Assembly (NCBI RefSeq): GCF_009834535.1
Contig: NC_045697.1
Coordinates: forward strand, 109,246,001 to 109,310,000
Source: Camelus ferus
Lineage: Eukaryota
DNA length: 64,000 nucleotides
Direction of reading: 5' to 3'
Numbering within the stretch: position 1 is the first letter of the stretch; every line of letters begins with the position of its first letter. The notes below the pieces were generated by a model that made no database searches, had not been told where the DNA came from, and saw nothing but the letters and a program-made list of their open reading frames with translations. The translations under genes were made by a program, and so were the position numbers. Positions 50,632 to 62,891 of the stretch are shown in pieces.

Positions 50632-50827
50632 TTTTTTTTCCAGTTTTATTGTGTAGAATTATTACAGTTCGACTGCACATACACATTATATTGCATGTAA
50701 ATACATATAAACAGTATACTACACTTTTTTTAGTTTTTGTATATGTACTAATTATTGTTTCTAAGAACAGATTAGATCTTTAGCTTTTTAAACTTACATA
50801 ATTATCAAAGGAATAAAGCCAACTACA
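50632..50827 (-). mobile_element. Unassigned polyadenylated retroposon 3' end, copy 2, inserted in the L1
   Basis: 12-bp TSD AAATTTATTCTT at 50620-50631 and 50828-50839. Confidence 0.85.
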
Positions 50828-53800
50828 AAATTTATTCTTAAGTATTTTATTGTTTTTAATGCTATTATAAATGAGAGCAATTTCTTTATTTTTCAGAAAA
50901 TTCATTGTTAGTGTACAGAAACACTACTGATTTTTGTATGTTAATTTTGTATCTGCAGCTTCACTGAATTCCTTGAAATCAGCCATGATGGGAACATTTA
51001 CCCAACAGAAATGGGCAAATGCTACAAATCAGAGCTCTTCCCCTAGCCCTGCAGCCCTGCCCCTCAAGAGCCAAATTCTCAGGACAGCATATAATTATCC
51101 TTAGCTTTGAAGGAATGGAGGCTCAGGAGAGCTGGGGTAGTAATCCAGGGCACCTGTGAGTCTAAAACCCCTGCATTTTCAGCTGCGTAACAATCTCTCT
51201 TCATCTAAAATATCCTTTAATTAGTATGGTTTCCCGAAGTTGAGATATTTGGTACCTCCCTCACCTGAAGACTTAACAACATGCCCACTGTGAATGAGTT
51301 CTTCTCTTACTCTAATATCATATTGGCAAAACAATCCTGAATGGGTTTAGGGAGGTAGCTTAGAGCATCTGTTGACAATTCCTTGAAGCAGGGGATTATT
51401 TTTCCCTGCACTGTCAGAGTTTGCTGATGAGAAGCCATGAGCTGATTTTGTCAGCTACTGAAGAAAACCACTGAACAAATAGGAAGTCTGAGGATGTGGG
51501 AGGGAGTGAAAGAATTACAGTTGAATTGTTTCCGATTCTGTAATTCATACCCCGTACCTGAATGAGTCCTTGGAATGATGTGTTCAATGAACCACTCATT
51601 TGTACTCTAGAGTAGGGTTCTGTCTCGTGATGAAAGATGGATGTGTAAAGGCACTTAACGTGAGTTCAGTGGCTTTCCAGGAAGATGTGATATGATTTTA
51701 TGCCCCTCTCCCCACCTCACCTCTGCAAATCACCACCCTTCCTCCCTAAATCTCTGAGGAAGGAGATCATGATAATTTGGCATCTGAGGTCATCATAAAG
51801 GAACGCTATCCCTACTCCTTGAGAATCTCATCCTTGGGAACTCTCCTTGCATTTCAAGTGTGAAAGGGTGCACTGTTATTTACTGTGTGCCAGGCACTGT
51901 GCTGTGTTGTAGGATTCCGCGGTAGACAGGACAGAGGTTGCCCCTGCCTTCGGGGAGCTCTCAGGATAGCGAGGGAGACAGTGAACGAGTTAAAATGGAG
52001 TTTTCTAAAAGATTTTACAGAGGAAGCATGATCCACGTGAACCCAAGGGTAATTATCCTCACTTCAAACACCTGGCATTCTAAAGTCCAATTAGAGAGAA
52101 GCAATGTGTGTATTAAAAATATATGTTATGTAAAGTGTCAGGAGACCCACGTTTTATCCTTTGCTCTGTCTCTTTACTACCTTCATGATGTGTTCAGCTT
52201 CAATTTCTCATCTATATAATGGAATGATAGTATTTATCCTGCTAACCCTTGGGGTTGTTACAGGGAGTGCATGAGAGAGAATGTGTACGAAAGTGCTGTA
52301 AATATTACTGAACACTTCCTTTTCCCATGATGTAGCCGGGTTGTAATTTACTCAGTTGTTAATAATTCATTCAGGCACTCATTCATTCAGCGACTATTGT
52401 TAGGCACCTGCTTGGTTGAAGATCCTGTGTTAGACCCTGTGTTTGGCTCGATTTCATCCTCTTGTATTATCCCGTTCTAGTATCTAGATTTATTTAGCAT
52501 TAATTTTCTTACTAAGTTGGATTGGAGGGAAGGAAATTTGCAGTTACTGATCTCCTATTTCAGTCCAGGGACTTATTACCTTGCTTCCGTAATCTTCCTG
52601 GAGGTGTGGGCGGGAGCACGGACGACAAGCTGATAAACATTCATTTTGTGCTATTTCATAGGCTAGTTTAAAATCTGGGGAAAACAAGTATAATTATCTC
52701 ATGGAATTGTTGCCAAATGGTTTATAACTACTTTAAAAACTCACATTACTCATTTTAATAGTCAAAATGTCACCATCAAATGAAATCTTTTACATCAAAG
52801 TAGACAGGAAGAGATTTGATAATTACTATATATGTTTTATGTGACATTCATATTTGTTATGGAAAAAACTAGTTTTCATTGTGTATTTAGAATACTTTGC
52901 AGAGGGCGGGGAACTTTTCTATAGATAAATAGAATTTACTAAAAGTCTTGAAGAGTAAAACATGATCCCAAATTATTTGGCTTCTGGAATTTCAGTTTAT
53001 TTTATTTTGGTCCCAAGACACCTTATAAATACCTTGACTTTGGGCACTTCAGCATACTGATATGCCAGAGTTCTGCATCATTACTCAACATTAAGAATGG
53101 CTATTAAAAAGAGTCAGTATGAGTTGTCCCTCAAAAGTACGCTGGTGGATTTCCTTTCATCCTCAGGAGTAACACCGTGTTCCTGCTATGTTTAACACAA
53201 ATAGAGTTTTGGGTTTTTTTTTTTTAATGATCATTAATAACTCTGACAAGACCAAAGATGCTCATCAGAATCAACAGATGTTACCAGTAATGCCAACCCC
53301 CAGCTGTTTGGCCACTGAGCCCTGTGGCTTAAAGAGAAAGATTTTTAAAAACAAATATAAAATTTCAATGGCCATGCCTGTTCCACCTAGCACTTTTAAA
53401 AGTATATAAGCAACCAGGGACTACCAGACGCGCCTCCAGCCCTGAGATTTTATTTACATGGGAAGCAGCAGACTCAAGCTCTAGGTAACTTGAGACCAGG
53501 AGTAAGAGCTGGGCCAGCGCATCACCCTGGAGCTTGGTGGCGGCTGGAGAACCCGCCCCAGCCGCGTGGTCTTCCGCAGCGCAGGTGCGTTGTATTGACA
53601 GACGCTGAGCCTCTCACATTCCTTTCAAACTAGGCATAGAGTCTTCCTTCTCATTCTGAGTGGTACTGACACGCAGTTCGACTAAATGTCTTCCCAAGTT
53701 TTAAAATCATACCCCCGAATACAATTCTTTCCCGTTTCTACACTCCTTTTTTTCTTACTCCCCTCCCCAGTTTCAGTATTTCTTTCTCCTGCCTGTGGTG

Positions 53801-53945
53801 CATTTCCAGTTTTACATAACCAGGTCTAGAACAGCCTGGGTTTCTTAAAGCCACTTCTTTTTTGTGTGTATCATCCTCTCTGGCAGGACTCTAGTGTTTT
53901 TGTTTTTGTTTTTTAGTATGTTTCTTTATATGGTCCTCAGTTTCT

Positions 53946-54130
53946 TTTTTTTTTTTTTCTTAAGAGTGGTTTCTCTTAAAAGTTTTTTGTAATTTATTAT
54001 TATTGTATTATATTATTTAGGGAGGAAGGTAACTAGGTGTATTTATTTTTAGAGGAAGTGCTGGGGATTGAACCCAGAACCTCGAGCATGCTAAGCATGT
54101 GCTCTACCACTTGACCTACACCCTCCCTGC
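53946..54130 (-). mobile_element. tRNA-derived SINE (Vic-1 type)
   Basis: 15-bp TSD TGGTCCTCAGTTTCT at 53931-53945 and 54131-54145. Confidence 0.92.
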
Positions 54131-55778
54131 TGGTCCTCAGTTTCTAACCTTGCTAGTAACTTCTGTGCTTCTGTTTATTAAAGCTTCTGATAACTTAAGT
54201 TTTTATTTTTGAGAGACCCTGGCCTCGCCTCCAGTATCTTTTAAAAAAGTTTTTATAAACTGAGCACTTCAGAAGAATTGTTTCTTTTCTTGGAACTTCA
54301 GTTTTGCCGTACTTGTTGACCAGCTGTTACTCAGACATCAGAAGGAATAGCCAAAAAAAGTTAATACCACGCCAACGCGTACCTCCTTCGAAGGTCAACC
54401 ACCCCTTTCCCTGCCTCCCACCTACAGATGCCAACACACCATTTTTAGAGCATTAGCTGATCCCACAGACTTGTGTATTTTAGGGAGTCTGTGCAGATCA
54501 AGTAGGAAGATCGTCTCCTCTGATACATCCGAAAGGAAATAGAACCGTTTGTCCCACAACGTGGAAGATGTCCTTTTGAGGATCTGGATATCAGATTTTT
54601 CTTTCCCATTAGTAAGAGATAGAGGTGGCGAGTCTTACTTGTTAGAGCCCAGGATTTCAATAAAACAACTATGGTCTGGTGAGAACGAGGTAATCTAAGA
54701 TGGCTTGCAGCAACAGTTCTGTTCTTGATTTTATTCTGAGTTTAATGCCATCGCAGTTTTACTTTGTAAACGCAGAAACCAGCTTCAGAAGAGTCTGACT
54801 GTTCCTGATCAGAGCCCAAGCACGCGTCTGACGTTAGCCCTCGTCAGCATGTCTTTGTCTACTTTTTCCTTCAGGCGCTGCACTGATGCCTAAAAACAAA
54901 CATCAAGTTGCTCTTTTGAACATAAATGAATTTAGAAAAGTGAAGCATAACTTTCTCTAACTATGAAAATGTGACTCTCCTCCCTGGTCATTTCTGAGCA
55001 GAGTTCCTTCTGTTTCCATCCGTTAGTATTTAAACGATCCTATTAAAATAAATTATAAACACTTCTTCGGAAACAAAAACAAACATCTGTAAACCCTGGC
55101 TTTTTTTTTTCCTGCCTCATCTCTTCCATAGAAGTAGCCAGTAAGGATGAGCCTGTTACTTGGATTAATTAATTTTCTTTTGCCTTTCTTATTTATTTAA
55201 CCTAGAAAGTACTGTCAGGGTATCTTTTACAGGAAAGATAAACAGCTTATGGGATGCCGAGTCTTTGAAAATAATGCATAAATAGATCCAGTACATGGAA
55301 ATCAGCCTGCTAGCTTTATGACATCTGTGACCTTATAAGGCTTATTAAAAGTGCTAACAGTCAAGCATCCAGGTTTCTAAGAGCTGCTGAGTGAGGGGGT
55401 GGGATTTTGGCAAAACTCTAAAATAAGGCCCTCTCTTATTACATATCCCTGATTGTAATATTAGGCTTTGTAATTGTGTCCTTGTGGAATCTAAATATAT
55501 TTCAGTCATGTTAATACATAGGTACAATTTAATAAGAGAAGATTAGTATTTGCCCCCCAAAAAAATGATCTTTCAAAGACTTTTGTTGGTCTGGAAGAGA
55601 AGTTCAGTAGAATATGGATTAGGTCATGGTTGGAGGGAGGGGGTCTTTTTTTTAAGTGTAATTTAAAAAACATTGCATCCTCAGGTTACCGTTAGAAGCC
55701 TGAATAATTCTGTTGCGGAAACTGAGAAATCGAATTCTCTCTTGCGTAATTTACTGTGGTTTTACAATCTATTTTTAG

Positions 55779-55882
55779 GCACTAAAGGAAGAAATAAAGG
55801 AGAATTTACAAATCTTCAAGGGGTAGCCGCATCTACAAGTGGAAAGATATTAATTGCAGACAGTAACAACCAGTGTGTGCAG
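55779..55882 (+). CDS. TRIM2: TRIM2 exon 7 (NHL repeat 1)
   Basis: [41 protein letters not shown] acceptor, GTATGG donor; 104 nt. Confidence 0.97.
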
Positions 55883-56121
55883 GTATGGCCCTTAATGATG
55901 TACCTTTAACCACTTACATGGATACGACATATGCAGTTGCCTATTTCCCCACTTAAGATACAGGGAAAGAAAGGGAGGCTTATAATGTATGTGTGGGCTT
56001 TTCTTTGAATAGAGTTTGCATGTTCTGACCCGCGGTACTTACGACAAGTGTTCTTGGCCTGTTTCTTTCTCACTGATTTCTGTGCTAATTCATATTCCAA
56101 TGAATGTCATTTGTTTTACAG

Positions 56122-56290
56122 ATTTTTTCCAACTGATGGACAGTTCAAAAGTCGTTTTGGCATCCGAGGACGCTCTCCCGGGCAGCTGCAGCGGCCCACG
56201 GGAGTCGCTGTGCATCCCAGTGGGGACATAATCATTGCGGATTATGATAATAAATGGGTTAGCATCTTCTCTTCAGATGGGAAGTTTAAG
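56122..56290 (+). CDS. TRIM2: TRIM2 exon 8 (NHL repeat 2), with a +1 insertion at 56133-56134
   Basis: IFSN [extra T] [52 protein letters not shown]; 169 nt where a phase 0/0 exon needs 168; GTAAGT donor. Confidence 0.95.
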
Positions 56291-56549
56291 GTAAGTTTAA
56301 GTTCAGTGCCACCTGGCCACTGAACAGGAGAAGGAAGGAGTAGGAAATACAAGACGAAATTGTCTTTTTTCTTTGGCTCTCTCAGATTCAATAATATATT
56401 CAACAATTTTTCATACATAAAGACATCATGACTTTGTTGCATCTAAGTTTAATGAAGCAAGGGTAATAATGCTATTGCCATAAATCTACTCATGTATGTC
56501 CTAAATGAGGCTTCATTTTATAAAGCAATTAGGCTGCTCAGTTGCTTTT

Positions 56550-56700
56550 TTTAAATTGTTAAACAATTTTTGTGGTATAATTTCTGTACAGTAAACTACA
56601 CATATCTCAGACACACAATTTGATGAATTTTGACACATGTATACACCTATGAAACCACCACCACAATCAAGGTAGCTCACATTTCCATCACCTGGCAAGT
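56550..56700 (-). mobile_element. Old L1 3' terminal fragment
   Basis: TGATGAATTTTGACA...GAAACCACCACCACAATCAAG...ATTTCCATCACC. Confidence 0.75.
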
Positions 56701-59700
56701 CAGTCACTTTTTTTAATACCTTCAGATTTACCTCAATTCAATGAGAAACAACCTTTAGAAAAGGATTATTAAAAGGCAAATTGTATTTCCCCAGTTCACC
56801 TACAGGTTGTCATTTATGAAATGACTTCTGCTTTCTCAGGCCTGTGGTAGATGATGTGGGAGAAACAGAATTGTAAGCCCTGGTTCCTACCTTTTAAAAA
56901 TGGACAAGCCCTGTGAGGGAAAAAGACAAATAAATACACGAGAAATGACAGAGAACAATACATGTCGGCCTTTAAACAACCACAAATTGGTACACCCTAA
57001 AACCATAGTGTTACAGTACTTAATACAAGAATTGGAAAAAAAAAAAAAAAGAATTGGAAGGTAAAGCAAGTGGGGCCTGGCTTCCTGGAGAGAACGTGAC
57101 CTGAGCTGTGCTTGGAGGAATCCTGTCATGTGACGTCCTTACTGTTACTCCCAGCACCATCTGTTCTTTCAGTAGGTCACTGATGAGGAGAGAGCCCTTG
57201 GGTGAAAAGAGAAATGTCTCCTCTAAAGTGTCATCAAAGAATATTATCACCCAGCCCATTCTCTGCATTTGTTGACCACAAGATCATGAGACACGTTGTC
57301 CTGGGTGTTTTGAAGGCCACGTGCACCATGCCGTCCATATCCCACCCCCCCCAACCCCTACCCCCCATCCAAGCTTCTCTTAGACCTGAACTTCAACTCA
57401 GACCGATCAGCCCACTGGAATCCCAGCTCTGCGCTGCGTTAACTGTTCCGCCTTGGGCAAATTCTAGGACGTCCTTGAGCCTTGTTAGCCTCATATTTCA
57501 AATCTGGGTTTAAAAAATCTGTCTTACAGGATTTGGGTAAGGATTAAATGAGATTTTATTTCTGGATTTTTTATATGCCTTCTAGGAAATAGGCACCCTA
57601 AGAAGTGTTCTTTCCCAGCGCCTTTAATCACCCTGTCCAAAATGCAAATTCTGTTTGATGAGCTACAGTTTTGGCTTCATGACCTCCAGCCAGCTCCTGG
57701 TGGTCACCCCCTCCTTGTCTAAACGTTCAGAGATGATGCTTTTCAAAATCCATTCTGGAATCCTGGAGCTTACACGACATTTGCTCTTTGCATCTCTTTT
57801 TGGAGGAATTTGCGTTTTCCGTTTAAAGTCGTTGGACCACTACCATCACCTCATCATTTTTATTAAAATGAGTTACTGACATAATTATTACCCCTCAGAT
57901 CAGAGCCTGTGTTTTGTGTGGAGCAGCATCTTTTCAATGGAGGAGGATAAAAAGCTGTCCTTAATTCCAGCATATTGTACATAATTCTTCAATTGTCCTT
58001 GACTTTTTTTTTGTTCCGCTAGAAATTTGATGGCTCCATCTGACGGCCATGTACACAGAAAGTTCTGCTTTTCTGCATCTCTGACTTCCTTCCCTTCCTT
58101 TCCATTTTCATAACTGTATTTGTAGTAAGACACGCCCAAATATGACAACTTTAACGTCAATAGAATAAACACTACTCAGTGACCTCTTGAAAATACCCTT
58201 CTAGTTTGGAGACAACCCGTTTGTTCTATTTTCACACTCCAGCATGACCTATCTTTTTAAATTCAGAAACTAATACTATAGATATTGAAACAGGAGTCTT
58301 ATATCTACTATATTGAAATATTTTAGATCTAATAATACATTAAAGCAAATTGAAATAGAAGTTTTATATTTAAGAGAGAAAGGCTTCCTGAATTAAGCAT
58401 CTTTTCATTCAGTGGGTCAATATTCTGTATGTGATAGACTCTCTTCCTGGAAGAACTGGGTTCTGATGGCTGAGATACTGTTGGCAATAATTGGAATAAA
58501 CACCAAAGAGCACTCATGCCCCCTAGAGGATTGGAGGAACAGACATGGTACAGTTTCAACATCCGTGCCTTTTTTTCATAGGTATTGATCAAAACCTGCA
58601 GGGTAAAAGGATAGCAAGTAAAAACATTTTTGCAGCTTAATGGGATTTCATCCAAGTGTGATGGCCATTATCATAAATAGAAGAAAAAATACCTATTTTC
58701 TCCTTCGGTGGGATTCAGTAAAATTAAACAGGTGCTCAGAAAGACAAACCTTTAACACCAATGTGGATTCTCTGTATTTATTCCTAATAGATCCACGGAT
58801 ATAATATCTTATCTCCTTTTCTTCTTTTTTTTACGCACCAGCTTCATAGCCCCAGTTTTCATTTCTCTTTGCCTCTAATTTTTTCCTTTCCATCTTCTCC
58901 TGGCTTACATCTTCCAGTCCATGTAGGAACCTTTTGTGACCCCAGAACAGGTGCACAGGCACCTGACCACCAGATTCTAAAATACTCATCTCTTCTTTTT
59001 CTTCAATTTAAGGACCTATTTGTTGAATTAAATACTTTCATTTAACTTTTCCAGTCAAGTTCTAAAATATCTTTGCTTACCGTTCCGTTTAAGATGGGGG
59101 ATACATTGTCAGGCCAAATGCAGTAATTCTTATTTCACTTGGTAGAATTTAGTGCAGCTAAACTGGGGGTGATGAATGGACTGGAAGGAAAAGAGGTTTT
59201 GGGTCAACATTTAAGTTTTTTCTGTAAGACATGCACTAGCTCTCACTACCTGATAGAATGGCGGTAATCCTTTATTTTCTGTTTCTGTGCTACATAATTA
59301 TCATGCACTTAGTGTTATATGACTGAGTCATTCTAAGTAACAGCTAATATTCATAATGTTAGGTAGTAATAATATTCTTGTGCTATTGATCAAATAATCG
59401 GTTTCCTCCCTTCCTTTTGATCTCTACTGACATATCTCCCATTCAGATATGAGGAGAATATATATATATTTTTGCAATCTGTTACATTAGCATCTCTGAT
59501 CTCTGGGCTAGATTGCAGAATCAGAATTAAGTGAGCCAACAGATTTCCTTGCGAGAATGCCAATGTTTCCTTCCTAAATAAATGTATCTCTTGATTCTAA
59601 AGAGATCAGATCTGAATCTCAGTCCTTTATAAGCTTAAAAGAATGAAAGATCTTAAAAAGTCTGAACCTCACCGTGGGAAAGTCCCCATCCTTCTCTGCA

Positions 59701-60194
59701 CGTATCTTCCTGTCACTATTGAGAAAGAAGATAGCCCTGCAGGTCACGTATAATATCAGGTGAACAGGGTGAGAGAAGAAGATTGTGTGTCCACCACCCG
59801 CTGTGATTGGCACTTTCCTTTATCCTTCAGAATCTGCACGACCCGGGAGCTAAATAGCATAGCTGCTGGTTTATAGATGAGAAAACTGAGGTTCAGAGTG
59901 GTGAAAGAAAGAATGAATTTTGCTCTGAAATTTGACCCTGAGTGACTGGATGAATTTTGGTGTCATAAAAGGAATTAGGAAATCAGATGCTAGTTGGGGT
60001 TTTCTTTTCTTTCTTTCTTTCTTTTTTTTTTTTTAAATGATGGATATAAAGGAGATATGTGGTTTGACACTGGTGGAATTTAACGTGATAATCTGTAAAA
60101 CAGGCCTTGACTAGAGATATGGTTTTGAGAATCTTATACATCTAGTTGAAAGCTGATGCCATAGCATAAGTGAGATTTTAGAAGAAATGCATAG

Positions 60195-60520
60195 AGTTAT
60201 GCTGTCCAATGTGGTAGCCACTGGACACGTGTGGGTACTAAGGTCTTGAAATGGGGCTGGTCTGAATTGAGATGTGCTGTGTGTGGGAAATACACACTGA
60301 ATTCCAAAGTCTTGATCCCCCAAAAGAGTGTAAAATAGTTCATTAATAATTTTTATATTCCATGTTGAAATGGTAACTTTTGAATACATTGGGTTAAATA
60401 AATAATAAAAATTAATTTTCCCTGCTTCTTTTCCCCTTTTTTTTTTTTTTTTGATGTGGCTACTAGAAAATTTTAAGTTACATGTGTAGCTCATGTTATG
60501 TCTCTCTTAGACAGCACTAA
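60195..60520. mobile_element. MER33/MER3-type hAT MITE
   Basis: GCTGTCCAAT..GGTAGCCACT start and TTAGACAGCACT end. Confidence 0.8.
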
Positions 60521-61904
60521 GAGAGGGAAAGTAAGAAGACTAAAACAGAACCTTTGAGAATGTAATTTGGGGGGAATTTAAATTTTTAAGTTAAAAAAGG
60601 AATACCATGCAAATAGATTGTTCAAATAAGCCTGCAGACGAATATGAAATGAAAATTAAGGGGTTTTCCTACCACCACTTTCTAAAATAGAGACATTATT
60701 TTGTTTCTCACTTTCTCTTCTGGGAGTATGTGTACATGTATAAACACATTTAGTACTGGTGGGCTCAGACTGCTCACGGTTCTGCACCTTGCTTTGTTCA
60801 ATGACGTCTCTGAAGGTCTTTCACAGAAGCACAGAGAGATCCACTTCCCCCTGACATTTTTCAGCCTGGAGCTGGGAAGACTGTGGTCCTTACCATCCCC
60901 ATCACCCACCGTGTCCTCTTTCCCCCTGCTCCCTTGTCTACATGACCTGTCTCATTAGGTTATTGTTCCACTTGGCTTCTGACATGGCCTATTGAATTCT
61001 CCCAAATCCACCAGATAGAACTGTTGATACCAGGCACTTTAAAAAAGGCACAGTAGACAGTGGAACTGAGCTGTCCTGGAGGGTAAACACTGTGTCCTAC
61101 TCGTCCCTGTCTACCCAGTGCCACAGAGTGGGTGCTCAGTCAGTGTTTGTAAAATTAGTAAGTAAATGGGTGAATGAATAAAGTACTTCTTTATACGTAC
61201 GCTAGAAAATGGAGCTATAAAAGTAAAGGTATAGCACGTACATCTTGTGGCAAACAGGCATTTTGCCACTATATATATATACACACTATAGTCTACTTAG
61301 AAAACTCAGTGAGATTTTAAATGCATATGGTATAGGTTTACAAGAAATCTAATGCTTTTCTCCCATTCTAAAATACTGTGAAAACTGGAACCATTTAGTC
61401 ATAATGAGGGCCCTGTAAAAATGCTAGACTTTGTAAGTTAATAATACTGCACAAATGTTTGTCGAGTCTCTGTTAGGCACCAGGAAGTGTGCTAGGCTCT
61501 GAGCACACAGTGCTGGATAAAACAGATGTGATGCCCACCCATGTGGAATTTAATTCTAGTGAAGTTCAGTGGCAGGTGCCTGGCAATTTCAATATCAGTT
61601 AAGACATAGAATGATGACAATGACTGCTTCCCTTTAACAGCTGCTTAACATGTGCTCTGCTCTGCATGTGCTTTACCTACTTTATTTTATTTAATACATA
61701 TTCCAGATACACCATTAGAAGTTACTGAGATTTTTAATATATAAGAAATCTGAAGCTTAAGGAAATAAATCCATCCGTGCTGTTTTGGGTGTGTCCAGAG
61801 CAAGTGACAGGGGCAGGATGGTCTTCCTTCTCCTAATCCAGTCATCTTTTGCTACACCATGTTGCCTCTTTACTGTGACCCCGGTTAAGGAGATTCTAGA
61901 ACTT

Positions 61905-62524
61905 TTTTGGTGGTGATCCTGATAACATAAAAAATGGGGCAAGAGGATGGCCATGTGCTAGGTCCCTGGCGAGTCCCTGGGACACATCCCATCAAATGAG
62001 GGTCCTTGACTTTGCACAGGAAAGAATTCGAGAGTGAGCCACAGTTGAGTAAAAGGAGATTTATTCAGAGAGATTCACAAGAGGCCATGAGGCATGGAGG
62101 TGGTTAAAACAAAAGTAGATACACACTCCATACACAGAGTGTGGGCTATCTGAACAGGCAAAAGAAAAGGCTGCAACGTGTGGGATTGTTAGTTTTAAGA
62201 GCTCAGTCATTTCTTATGCTGACAAGTGGGAGGATTATTCCAACTACTTTGGGGAAGGGGCTGGGATCCCCAGGAACTGAGCCACCACCCACTTTTTGAC
62301 CTTTTATGGTCAGCCTCAGAACTGTCATGGCGCCTGTGGGAGTGCCATTCACCATGTTAATGCATTACAATGAGCGTATAATGAAGCTCAAGGTCTACTG
62401 GGAGCCAAATCTCCTGCCATCTTGGCCTCAGGGTCTACTTTGAGTTGAATCTTCCACCATCTTTATGCTAATTGCTGTGTCATTCCTTTAATGGCTGCGC
62501 CCTGCTCCCTTCCCTCCTGTCTCA
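61905..62524 (-). mobile_element. ERV solo LTR, antisense to TRIM2
   Basis: Minus strand begins TGAGACAGGAGGGAAGGGAGCAGG; AATAAA on minus (TTTATT ~62060); left boundary uncertain. Confidence 0.75.
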
Positions 62525-62722
62525 AAACTTTAAAAAAGAAAACTTCACATAAATATCAGTAACAGATAATGGACGTGGCCCAGACAGTCACAGAAGAGCA
62601 TCGTGACTTACGGGTGGCTGTGTGCCTTGGTGTGAACATGCCAGTAAATGTTTGCCAAAGCAGACGTCTGTCTGCATGTCCTGTAGTGCTTTCAACCTCA
62701 TTTCTGCTCTTGTTTCTAACAG

Positions 62723-62891
62723 ACAAAAATTGGATCAGGAAAGTTGATGGGGCCCAAAGGAGTTTCCGTGGACCGCAACGGACACATCATCGTGGTGGAT
62801 AACAAGGCGTGCTGCGTGTTTATCTTCCAGCCAAACGGGAAAATAGTCACCAGGTTTGGTAGCCGAGGAAATGGGGACAGGCAGTTTGCAG
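62723..62891 (+). CDS. TRIM2: TRIM2 exon 9 (NHL repeat 3, start of repeat 4)
   Basis: [61 protein letters not shown] acceptor, GTACAC donor; 169 nt. Confidence 0.97.

Larger units (their letters stand above)
49030..50975 (-). mobile_element. L1 (L1MA-like) 3' part, degenerate
   Basis: Minus-strand ORF fragments CSTSLVIRERQIKTTRYHLMPVRMAVIK and ILANHIYDKELISKI. Confidence 0.9.

Noticed and set aside
4180..54130. tRNA genes suggested by A/B boxes
   Set aside because: All carry A-rich tails and most have TSDs, and they lack a proper acceptor stem; they are SINE copies.
41998..56290. Programmed frameshifting or compensating frameshifts explaining the two insertions
   Set aside because: Both are +1 (net +2), the first leads to a stop at 43365, and there is no slippery heptamer. 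An artefact or simple mutation is more parsimonious.
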